DNA of 64,000 nt. It comes from Alphaproteobacteria bacterium (lineage in GTDB: Bacteria > Pseudomonadota > Alphaproteobacteria > CALKHQ01). The translations under genes were made by a program, and so were the position numbers. The DNA lies in NCBI GenBank assembly GCA_965227515.1, contig CBDDFZ010000001.1, forward strand, positions 1-64,000, in the 5' to 3' direction. A model generated the notes under the pieces. The model had not been told where the DNA came from. It searched no databases and saw only the letters and a program-made list of their open reading frames with translations. Of the stretch, positions 1-8,050 are shown one piece after another (position 1 is the stretch's first letter; each line of letters opens with the position of its first letter).

Positions 1-111
1 ACCCACACGCTGGAGACCCACGTCTACCGGCTGCGCCAGAAGATCGAGGCCGACCCGTCGAACGCGGAGATCCTGGTCACCGAGCCCGGCGGCTATCGCC
101 TGGTACCGTAA
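1..111 (+). CDS. OmpR/PhoB-family response regulator, C-terminal winged-helix fragment (truncated by window edge)
   Basis: Frame 1 reads [36 protein letters not shown], the typical Trans_reg_C ending. Confidence 0.85.
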   Translation, partial: THTLETHVYRLRQKIEADPSNAEILVTEPGGYRLVP

Positions 112-129
112 ACCGGTTGCCGGGCGGGC

Positions 130-1230
130 CTATCCGCCCAGCACACCCATCGTGCGCACGATCAACTCGGTCTGGCGGCGGGTGCCGGTTTTCGCGAACA
201 TCGCCTGAAGCCGGTTGCGTGCCGTGTTGCGGCTGATGCCGAGCTCGGCAGCGGCAATGGCAAGATCGACGCCTGCGCTCAACGCCTCCAGCAACCGCAC
301 CTCGGCGGCGGAGAATCCCCACAGCCGAGCCAGCGCCCGCTGCCGGCCGTCGCGCCGCTGCGCCGGATTCCATACATACACCAAGGCCGCGACTGGCATC
401 GGCACCGCTCTGGCCGTTGGATTGACCGGCAGGACCTGGACCATCAGCGGCGCGCTGGCTTGCCCGGCGGCAATCAGCACCTCGGCGCTGTCGCCGGCGA
501 TTGCGGTACCGATCGCGGCCGCCAGCCGCGCCGCCGTCGAGCGGTCGGCACCTTGCAATGTGCCGTCCTGAATGGTCAGCGGGCCGCCCGCGGCCAACAG
601 CGCCTCTGCACGGGCGTTGAGTTGCAGGATGGTCCCCCTATCGTCGAGCGCAAGGATGGCCCACGGCAAATGGTCAGGCGTCCAACCGTTGCGGCCGTCC
701 GCGTGCAGCTTGACGTCCGTGCGGTTTGCCACCCGCCACGCATTGCCCAGGGCGCGGGACGACTGTCGGAACTGATCGATCTTCTCAGGCTCGGGATGGC
801 CGTGCCTGATGTCGAACTCAAGCGAGTGAAGCAGGGAAGTTTCGCCCTCGTCGTAGACGCGCGAGCCAATGAAATAGCGCAGGCCCATCGACCGACGCAG
901 CCAATCATAGAACTCGTGCCGATTGATGGTGGCGAGGTCGACGACCAGGCTGTCGTAGACGATATGGCCGGCGGCATGCCGCGCGCTGTAACGCACGCGC
1001 GGGTCGATGGCGTGAATATGCTCCAGATACTCTTGCCGACCGTCCTGGATTTCAGGTGTCAGCCAATTGGATAAGGCGCCGGTCTTGCGATTGAGTTCGA
1101 ACGTACTGCTGCCGGCCGCGCCAAAGGCCTGACACAGGCCAACCAGACCCGCCTCGACGGCAGCCTGGCCCAACTCGACCTCGAACATCGTCTCATAGGC
1201 GGCCGCTAGCTTCTGGTGGTCAACGGCCAT
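130..1230 (-). CDS. LuxR-type HTH transcriptional regulator with N-terminal GAF/PAS-like sensor region (paralog 2)
   Basis: C-terminal FSAAEVRLLEALSAG...LGISRNTARNRLQAMFAKTGTRRQTEL HTH; PAS-like LPWAILALDDRGTILQLNARA. Confidence 0.85.
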   Translation of the reverse strand: MAVDHQKLAAAYETMFEVELGQAAVEAGLVGLCQAFGAAGSSTFELNRKTGALSNWLTPEIQDGRQEYLEHIHAIDPRVRYSARHAAGHIVYDSLVVDLATINRHEFYDWLRRSMGLRYFIGSRVYDEGETSLLHSLEFDIRHGHPEPEKIDQFRQSSRALGNAWRVANRTDVKLHADGRNGWTPDHLPWAILALDDRGTILQLNARAEALLAAGGPLTIQDGTLQGADRSTAARLAAAIGTAIAGDSAEVLIAAGQASAPLMVQVLPVNPTARAVPMPVAALVYVWNPAQRRDGRQRALARLWGFSAAEVRLLEALSAGVDLAIAAAELGISRNTARNRLQAMFAKTGTRRQTELIVRTMGVLGG

Positions 1231-1245
1231 GGCGATGCCGCGATA

Positions 1246-2367
1246 TCAGTTGCCCAGCAACCCGCCGGTCAGGGCGAGCAGTTCGGTTTGCCGCCGGGTA
1301 CCGGTCTTGGCGAACATGGACTGCAATTGGTTGCGTGCGGTGTTGCGCGAAATGCCGAGTGTCGCGGCGGCGGTTGCCAGATCGCTGCCGCCGCCGATGC
1401 GCTCCAGCAACTGGCTTTCGGCCGGCGTGAATTTCCACAGCTCCGCCAGGACCTGCGCGCCGCCGCGGGCGTGCTGCGCCGGGTCGCGAACATACAGCAC
1501 CACCGCCACGCCCATTGGCGCCGCCAATGCCATGGGGTTGACCGGGATCGCCTGGACCACGAGTGGATGAGACTCCGGGCCGCGATGCAGCAGCGCCGAC
1601 CCGTTGACACCGCCGACCGCCCGGCGGACCGCGTCGCGCAGGTCCTCGTCGGCGGCACGGTCGACGGCTTCGATCGTGCCATCGGCCAGCCTCAATGCAT
1701 CGCCGTCGGCAAGCAACGCTTCCGCTCTGCCGTTCAACTGCACGACGCGACCGGACGTCGCGAGTGCGAAGATCGCCCACGGCAGGTGATCCGGCGTCCA
1801 CGATGACGGAACAGTCCTGCCTTCGGCTCGCGATGTCGCACGCGCCGCTCGCCAGGCGTTGCCCAGGGCACGGGACGACCGCGCAAACGCCTCGATCACC
1901 GGACGTTCCGGATGGCCGTACCTGTCCGTAAATTCGATCGAGTGCATGACGGAAACGTCCCCGTCATCGTAGAGCCGTGAGCCGAGGAAGTAACGCAGGC
2001 CATCGCTGCGGTAGAGCCAATCGTAGAACTCGTGCCGCCCGATGGCGCCGCGGTCGATGAAACGAGCTTCGTAGGCGACGTGTCCCGGCGCATGGGCCAG
2101 CGAGAACCGCATGCGCGGATTGATGGCGTTGAGATGGTCGCTGTAGCCATCTCCACCCGCGCGGAGCGACCGGCTGGTCCAGTTGCGAATTTCTCCCGTC
2201 CGCCGGTTCAGCTCGAAGATGACGGATCCGGCGCCGCCGAAGGCATCGTTCAGGGCCTCCGTAGCCTCGCGGAACGACGACTGTCCGGCGGAAGCCTCCA
2301 TCATGGCTTGATATGCCCCAATCAATCCCGCCGAGTTGGGGCCACCAGACCTGTATGCGTCAGACAA
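1246..2367 (-). CDS. LuxR-type HTH transcriptional regulator (paralog 1)
   Basis: Shares RHEFYDWL, GLRYFxGSRxYD, WTPDHLPWAI and GISRNTARNxLQxMFAKTGTRRQTEL blocks with 130-1230. Confidence 0.85.
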   Translation of the reverse strand: MSDAYRSGGPNSAGLIGAYQAMMEASAGQSSFREATEALNDAFGGAGSVIFELNRRTGEIRNWTSRSLRAGGDGYSDHLNAINPRMRFSLAHAPGHVAYEARFIDRGAIGRHEFYDWLYRSDGLRYFLGSRLYDDGDVSVMHSIEFTDRYGHPERPVIEAFARSSRALGNAWRAARATSRAEGRTVPSSWTPDHLPWAIFALATSGRVVQLNGRAEALLADGDALRLADGTIEAVDRAADEDLRDAVRRAVGGVNGSALLHRGPESHPLVVQAIPVNPMALAAPMGVAVVLYVRDPAQHARGGAQVLAELWKFTPAESQLLERIGGGSDLATAAATLGISRNTARNQLQSMFAKTGTRRQTELLALTGGLLGN

Positions 2368-2436
2368 ACGGAAATATCCCTACAACAGACAACGCGACCC
2401 ACCTTGGAACAATCACGCACTGCGTGGACGCGCACA

Positions 2437-2466
2437 GTACATTTGTACCATGCCGCCCAATTGACC
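2437..2466 (+). promoter_or_regulatory. Palindromic box GTACATTTGTAC followed 12 nt later by TTGACC (-35-like)
   Basis: Same box and spacing recur at 2972-3001. Confidence 0.6.
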
Positions 2467-2554
2467 GTCCTTCAATCCCGTTGATCATCAGCCAATAGAG
2501 ATTGCCGCTTGGGAGTCACGCGGCGAGACACGGCTGGAAGACGGGGGACCACCT

Positions 2555-2938
2555 ATGAAGACCGCGCATGCAGCGTGCACCATTATTGTCACCGCGAGCT
2601 TGCTGGCGGGTTGCGCCCAGATCACGCGATCCCAATTGCCAGCGTCAACGATCACCCACAATGGCGAGACGTTCGAAATCCGGACTGAGCTCGGAAATCA
2701 GCACAATCCAGGTGCGTACGTCGAAACCTGGTACGTCAAGACCGCGGGCGGGCTCTACCAGCAATGCGCCTCGGTGGACGTTGGCCTCGATTCCACGGAA
2801 GAGGCAAAGGCAGCTAGCGCCGCCGCCGGGCGCGAGGCCTGCTACGAGATGTATGCGCGAACGCTCGACACCCCAGGCTCAGGCAGCAACGAGGGCGGCG
2901 TCAGCAATAGCGGCGATGCCGGCGGCCACAATCATTGA
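2555..2938 (+). CDS. Small predicted lipoprotein with conserved C-terminal GSNEGGVSNSGDAGGHNH tail
   Basis: GGGGGA RBS; lipobox LLAG-C; tail identical to that of 3079-3474. Confidence 0.8.
   Translation: MKTAHAACTIIVTASLLAGCAQITRSQLPASTITHNGETFEIRTELGNQHNPGAYVETWYVKTAGGLYQQCASVDVGLDSTEEAKAASAAAGREACYEMYARTLDTPGSGSNEGGVSNSGDAGGHNH
2882..2938 (+). repeat. 57-nt direct repeat, copy 1 (encodes the shared tail)
   Basis: Differs from 3418-3474 only at GAG/GAA, AAT/AAC, CAT/CAC and TGA/TAA. Confidence 0.95.
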
Positions 2939-2971
2939 TTGCTCGCCTAACAAATGCGGCCCGAACCTAGG

Positions 2972-3001
2972 GTACAAATGTACCTTCTCAAGCGATTGAC
3001 A
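2972..3001 (+). promoter_or_regulatory. Palindromic box GTACAAATGTAC followed 12 nt later by TTGACA (-35-like)
   Basis: Box is the exact reverse complement of 2437-2448, with identical spacing to TTGAC. Confidence 0.6.
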
Positions 3002-3078
3002 CCCCCCCAATTTCATCGACGATGAAACTCCAGATCACTGTGCTTAGGCAGTAATCGGTGTGATTGGGGGACTATAGT

Positions 3079-3474
3079 ATGAAAACAGGAATTGCGGTGT
3101 GCGTAGTCATGAGTGGTCTTGCGATTTCGGCAGCAAAATGTCCAACGGGAGAGGGGCAGGAGACCATACAAAGTGCCGCACGGGTCTTTACGGGTGCGGT
3201 CGAAAGGGTCGAATCGCGGACCGCATTCGTAAACGGCGATCAGCTGACGATCAGGGATATTTGCTTCAGCGAATGCAATTCTGTGATTGGTGAATGGAAG
3301 ACTTACGTTCGTGACAAGAATGGCGAATTTGTTGCGTGCACTGGGATAGGCACCGACGAGGATTGTCACGCAACATGGGCCGCCTCCGGCCGGTCCTCCG
3401 GGCCTGGTGTCAGTGGCGGCAGCAACGAAGGCGGCGTCAGCAATAGCGGCGATGCCGGCGGCCACAACCACTAA
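3079..3474 (+). CDS. Small exported Cys-containing protein with conserved C-terminal GSNEGGVSNSGDAGGHNH tail
   Basis: GGGGGA RBS; MKT plus hydrophobic signal ending AAK-C; visibly AT-richer codons than its neighbours. Confidence 0.75.
   Translation: MKTGIAVCVVMSGLAISAAKCPTGEGQETIQSAARVFTGAVERVESRTAFVNGDQLTIRDICFSECNSVIGEWKTYVRDKNGEFVACTGIGTDEDCHATWAASGRSSGPGVSGGSNEGGVSNSGDAGGHNH
3418..3474 (+). repeat. 57-nt direct repeat, copy 2 (encodes the shared tail)
   Basis: See 2882-2938. Confidence 0.95.
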
Positions 3475-3483
3475 GGCGAACCG

Positions 3484-4803
3484 ATGGACAGGCGCCAGTT
3501 CCTGAGCGCGACAGGCGCCGGCGCACTTGGGGCCGGCGCACTAGGGGCCGGGATGGCGGGCTGCACGATCCCGCTGGCCCGGCGCCCCACGACGCCGGAC
3601 CCCGGGATCGGCGCGCCATCGCCCGGACCGGCCGCCTTCATCCCGTCCTATCGCATCGACGACGCGCTATTCGATGGCGTGCCGTTACGCAACCACCCGG
3701 ACGTGTCGCGCAACCTGCCGGCGGGTTATGACGGCCCCGCCGTCCTGCTGACCCGGCTGGCGCTGGACGACGCCACGGCCCGCACGGCGCTGATGCCCGT
3801 CGGCGGACATGGCATCTCCATCTCGCCGGACGGGCGCACCGGCATATTCCACTGCCAGAGCGCCACCCATACGATCAGTTTCGATCCCGCCACGCTCGAC
3901 GTCATCGCGGCCACCGCACCGTTCGCCGATGCACGGGTCGGCGGCGGCCATGCCAAGTTCCTGCCCGACGGCGCGGCCTTCCTGGCCGCCGAGCGCGCGC
4001 CCTATGGTCCCTATCTGGGCGCGGCGGAGCGTCATTTCGGCCGCATCGTCATTCGCGATACCGAAACGCTGCGCGAGATCGACAGCTTCTCCAGCCACGG
4101 CGTCGCCCCGCACGACATGCAGGTGTTCGACAACGGCCGCCACGTGCTGGTCGCCAACTACGGCAGCACCCAGCCGGCATCGTGGACCAGCGACCCGGAG
4201 ACCGCCCGCATCGTCGCACCGCGCGCCACCATCATCGAGGTCGCGAGCGGCCGGCTGGTCGACACCATCGCCGGCACGCCGGGCGAGACCGAGCTGCGCC
4301 ACCTGGCAATCGCCGACGATGGCGCGATTGCCGCGATCCAGGTGCGCACCGGCGCGCCAGGCGGGTCGCCGGCCACCTATGCCGGGCTCGCCGCGCGCGA
4401 CCGCACGCTCTTCAACGGCGACCGGGAGATGTTGTCGGCGCACATGCTGGTGCGGTCCGGCGATCGCGCGCGCGAGGTCATCGCCGCCGACCCGATGGCG
4501 ATGCGCCAGGGGCTGTCCATCGCCTACGACCCGTTGGGCCACCAGTTCATGGCCACCCACCCCAGCGCGCATACGGTGGTGGTGGTCGATGCCACCAGCG
4601 GCGACATCGCCGGCGTCGTGGACACCCGCACCTGGGGCCTGGCCTATCCGTGCGGGCTGGCGCTGCACCCGGACGGCCAGACCTATCTGGTCGCCGGTGC
4701 CTTCGCCGACGTGATCACGTTCGACCGGCTGACCCACCTGCCGGTGGAGGGCCGCAGCTACCGGCTCGACGGATTCCAGCACAGCCACATGGTGGTGGCG
4801 TAG
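3484..4803 (+). CDS. Tat-exported lipoprotein, DUF1513-like beta-propeller
   Basis: MDRRQFL twin-arginine signal plus MAG-C; motifs GGHG, GGHAxF, SHGVAPHD, LVANYG and LRHLA resemble DUF1513 proteins. Confidence 0.7.
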   Translation: MDRRQFLSATGAGALGAGALGAGMAGCTIPLARRPTTPDPGIGAPSPGPAAFIPSYRIDDALFDGVPLRNHPDVSRNLPAGYDGPAVLLTRLALDDATARTALMPVGGHGISISPDGRTGIFHCQSATHTISFDPATLDVIAATAPFADARVGGGHAKFLPDGAAFLAAERAPYGPYLGAAERHFGRIVIRDTETLREIDSFSSHGVAPHDMQVFDNGRHVLVANYGSTQPASWTSDPETARIVAPRATIIEVASGRLVDTIAGTPGETELRHLAIADDGAIAAIQVRTGAPGGSPATYAGLAARDRTLFNGDREMLSAHMLVRSGDRAREVIAADPMAMRQGLSIAYDPLGHQFMATHPSAHTVVVVDATSGDIAGVVDTRTWGLAYPCGLALHPDGQTYLVAGAFADVITFDRLTHLPVEGRSYRLDGFQHSHMVVA

Positions 4804-4971
4804 AAGACCTGCCCTCCCGCCGATCCGGCGTCGCGGCGCTAACGGATGCGCTTGCCATCGGACCCGGCGCAACGCTCTGACATCCACAATCAGTGAACCG
4901 CAGGCCGATTTGTGGCGACACAGTGATCAGGCGGTCCAAGAGCCGCCACAATCACTGAGGAGGCCCGAACA

Positions 4972-5394
4972 ATGCGTCACGCACTCACCGCCTTCATCGC
5001 AGCAACCGCCTGTTCCTGGCTCGTAACCGGCCACGCGATCGCCGATCCCAGTCAGACGCACGTCACCCCACCCAGGACCGTTGCGCCGGATTTCGAGATT
5101 TCACCCGACTCGCTGCCGCCGCGCCTGGGCAACTATCGGGGCAATGAGATCATCCTCATCCCGCTGGACCCTGTGCCGATCGATCCGCCGACGCTGCCGT
5201 CGCTGCATGCGGTGGAAATGGTGTTGGGCCTCGACGGCCTGAAAGGCAGCGTCATCTGCTGCGACGCTAACGACAATTGCGAGCCCCTGACTCTGCCCGG
5301 CACGTGCCCTGCCGGCACCATCACCAGCAATTGCGACGACGACAACAACTGCGTCGACGAAGACCTCGACAAGGATGACGACACCAGCGACTAG
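4972..5394 (+). CDS. Secreted hypothetical protein, Pro-rich middle and six-Cys acidic C-terminal domain
   Basis: GAGGAGG RBS; Sec signal ending AIA-D; CC-x5-C-x8-C-x8-C-x5-C followed by a D-rich tail. Confidence 0.7.
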   Translation: MRHALTAFIAATACSWLVTGHAIADPSQTHVTPPRTVAPDFEISPDSLPPRLGNYRGNEIILIPLDPVPIDPPTLPSLHAVEMVLGLDGLKGSVICCDANDNCEPLTLPGTCPAGTITSNCDDDNNCVDEDLDKDDDTSD

Positions 5395-5406
5395 GCTTGG
5401 TCCGAT

Positions 5407-7080
5407 CTAGAACAGCCCGACGATGTTGCCGTCGTCGTCCAGGTCGATGGCATTGGCGGCTGGCACCCTCGGCAGGCCGGGCATGGTCATGATCTCGCCG
5501 CAGATCACCACCAGGAAGCGCGCGCCGGCCGCCACCCGCACCTCGCGGATCGGCACCACATGGCCGGTGGGCGCGCCTTTCAGCTCCGGGTCGGTGGAGA
5601 ACGAGTACTGGGTCTTGGCGACGCAGATCGGGAAATCGCCGAAGCCTGACTTCTCCAGGTCGGCGAACTGCTGGCGCACCTTCTTGTCGGCGATGATGTC
5701 GTCGGCGCGGTAGATGCGGGTGGCCACGGTCTTGACCTTGTCCCACAGCCCCATGTCGTCGGGATAAAGGGTCTGGAACGATGCCATGCCGCTGTCGGCG
5801 ATCTCGACCACTTCCTGGGCCAGGCTCTCCGCGCCGGCGCCGCCGTTCGCCCAGTGCGAGCACAGGTGGGCGTTGACGCCGGCAGCCTCCGCCGCCTTGC
5901 GCACCTCGGCGATCTCGGCGTCGGTGTCGGTATGGAACTGGTTGATGGCGACCACCGGCGGCACCCCGAAGGCGGACACGTTCTCGATATGGCGGGCCAG
6001 GTTCGCGGCCCCCTTGGCGACGGCGGCCGCGTTCTCCTCGCCCAGGTCGGCACGCGCGACACCGCCGTGCATCTTCAGCGCCCGCACGGTGGCGACGATG
6101 ACCGCCGCATCCGGCTTCAGCCCGGCCTTGCGGCACTTGATGTCGAAGAACTTCTCGGCACCCAGGTCGGCGCCGAACCCGGCCTCGGTCACCACATAGT
6201 CGGCCAGCTTCAGCGCGGTGCGGGTGGCCAGCACGGTGTTGCAGCCATGGGCGATGTTGGCGAACGGCCCGCCATGCACGAAGGCCGGATTGTGCTCCAG
6301 CGTCTGCACCAGGTTGGGCTTCAGCGCATCCTTCAGCAGCACCGCCATGGCGCCGTCCGCCTTCACGTCGCGGGCGCGCACCGGTTCGCGGTCGCGAGTG
6401 TGGCCGACGATGATGTCGCCCAGCCGGCTCTTCAGGTCGGCCATGTCGCGGGCCAGGCACAGGATCGCCATCACCTCCGAGGCGACCACGATGTCGTAGC
6501 CGTCCTCGCGGCTGAAACCGTTGGCGACGCCGCCCAGCGACGACACGATCTGCCGCAGCGCGCGGTCGTTCATGTCGACCACCCGGCGCCAGGTGATGCG
6601 GCGTGTGTCCAGCCCGGCGTCGTTGCCCCAGTAGACGTGGTTGTCGACCATCGCCGACAGCAGGTTGTGGGCCGCCCCGATGGCATGGAAGTCGCCGGTG
6701 AAGTGGAGGTTGATGTCCTCCATCGGCACCACTTGCGCATAGCCCCCGCCGGCCGCCCCGCCCTTCATGCCGAAGCACGGTCCGAGCGAGGGCTCGCGCA
6801 GACAGATCATCGCGTTCTTGCCGATCCGGTTCAGCGCATCGCCCAGGCCGACGGTGGTGGTGGTCTTGCCCTCGCCGGCCGGCGTCGGGGTGACGGCGGT
6901 GACCAGGATCAGCTTGCCGTCCGGCCCATTCGCGCGGTCGCCCAGGGCATCCAGCGCCACCTTCGCCTTGTGGTGGCCATAGGGTTCCAGGTGCTCGGCC
7001 TCCAGGCCCAGCCTGGCGCCGATATCCTGGATTGGCTTCATCTCGGCCGCACGTGCGATTTCGATGTCGCTCTTCGCCAT
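5407..7080 (-). CDS. fhs: Formate--tetrahydrofolate ligase
   Basis: [55 protein letters not shown] and IMTMPGLP motifs. Confidence 0.98.
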   Translation of the reverse strand: MAKSDIEIARAAEMKPIQDIGARLGLEAEHLEPYGHHKAKVALDALGDRANGPDGKLILVTAVTPTPAGEGKTTTTVGLGDALNRIGKNAMICLREPSLGPCFGMKGGAAGGGYAQVVPMEDINLHFTGDFHAIGAAHNLLSAMVDNHVYWGNDAGLDTRRITWRRVVDMNDRALRQIVSSLGGVANGFSREDGYDIVVASEVMAILCLARDMADLKSRLGDIIVGHTRDREPVRARDVKADGAMAVLLKDALKPNLVQTLEHNPAFVHGGPFANIAHGCNTVLATRTALKLADYVVTEAGFGADLGAEKFFDIKCRKAGLKPDAAVIVATVRALKMHGGVARADLGEENAAAVAKGAANLARHIENVSAFGVPPVVAINQFHTDTDAEIAEVRKAAEAAGVNAHLCSHWANGGAGAESLAQEVVEIADSGMASFQTLYPDDMGLWDKVKTVATRIYRADDIIADKKVRQQFADLEKSGFGDFPICVAKTQYSFSTDPELKGAPTGHVVPIREVRVAAGARFLVVICGEIMTMPGLPRVPAANAIDLDDDGNIVGLF

Positions 7081-7122
7081 GGCGTTTCCCCCGTTTTCTG
7101 GTTCCGGAATATCGGCGCGGTG

Positions 7123-7833
7123 TCAGCGCGCGTCGACGAGCGACCGCAACGCCTCGATGCCGACCGGTCCGCCGTCGAACTCCGCCATCGCGTCGAGCAG
7201 CACCGACCAGACATAGCGCGCCGATGCGCTGTCGGTGACCATGTGGAAGGCCGGCGTCTCCGCCAGATCCGCGCGGATCACGATGCCGGCGAGGCGGGCA
7301 ATCTGGGTCTGGGCGATGGCGCCGTCGGCGAACGCCTTGGCGCGCAGGTCGACGCCGCAGATCTTGGCGAACATCTCCGCGGCGCGGTCGCCGGTGAGGC
7401 AGAACCAGCAATTGGTGTCGGCGCGCGGCACGCGATAGGCGCGGGCGTCGTCGTCCGGCCCCGGCCAGGCGTCGTCCAGCTTCTCGACGGTGCCTTTCTT
7501 GGCCGACAGCGGCCCAAGGACCAGCGCTTCGGACGGCGCGAGGCGCGCGACCAGGCTGCCGTCCTTCTGGGCGACGGCGCGGTTGTTGTCGTCCGGCACG
7601 TTGATCTTGCGGCTGCGGAGCCAGTCGAGCGCGCCACGGCCCTTGTAGCCGGTGCGCGGCAGCGGCGAGAGATCGGCAAGGCCCATGCGGCGCGCGGTCT
7701 CCACCTCCGTCGCGGCGTCGCCGAAGCCGGTGGCGATGGCCGCACCGTTCAGCTCGGCGAAGGCCGCACCGTGGGCTTCCAGGTCGCGCCACACGAAACT
7801 GCGCCGCGCGAAATCGGTGGGGTGGAGGGTCAT
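7123..7833 (-). CDS. mgdD: N-methylglutamate dehydrogenase subunit D / sarcosine oxidase gamma-like
   Basis: LADLSPLPRTGYKG and FAKICGVDLR motifs; last gene of the four-subunit operon. Confidence 0.7.
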   Translation of the reverse strand: MTLHPTDFARRSFVWRDLEAHGAAFAELNGAAIATGFGDAATEVETARRMGLADLSPLPRTGYKGRGALDWLRSRKINVPDDNNRAVAQKDGSLVARLAPSEALVLGPLSAKKGTVEKLDDAWPGPDDDARAYRVPRADTNCWFCLTGDRAAEMFAKICGVDLRAKAFADGAIAQTQIARLAGIVIRADLAETPAFHMVTDSASARYVWSVLLDAMAEFDGGPVGIEALRSLVDAR

Positions 7834-7852
7834 GCGTCAACCAATCTAGTTC

Positions 7853-8022
7853 GTCGTCCTCGCCCTTGTGGCGAGGACCCATGACTGAGCAAAGCTGGAT
7901 TGGCGGCCCAAGATGTATCTGTCACGGATGCAGCAAAGCGCCCGCCACAAGCGGTGAGCAAGTACGATGAATTCCTGGCGCCATGGACACCAATGGGTCC
8001 TCGCCACAAGGGCGAGGACGAC
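7853..8022. repeat. REP-like doublet: perfect 30-bp inverted repeats around a 110-bp spacer
   Basis: gtcgtcctcgcccttgtggcgaggacccat (7853-7882) is the exact reverse complement of 7993-8022; each arm is itself a hairpin. Confidence 0.9.
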
Positions 8023-8050
8023 AATTGTGTTTGTTGTGCGATAGCCACCC

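Noticed and set aside
130-2367. Classical AHL quorum-sensing LuxR
   Set aside because: The proteins are ~370 aa with an extra PAS-like region, lack a clear AHL-binding signature, and no luxI is present
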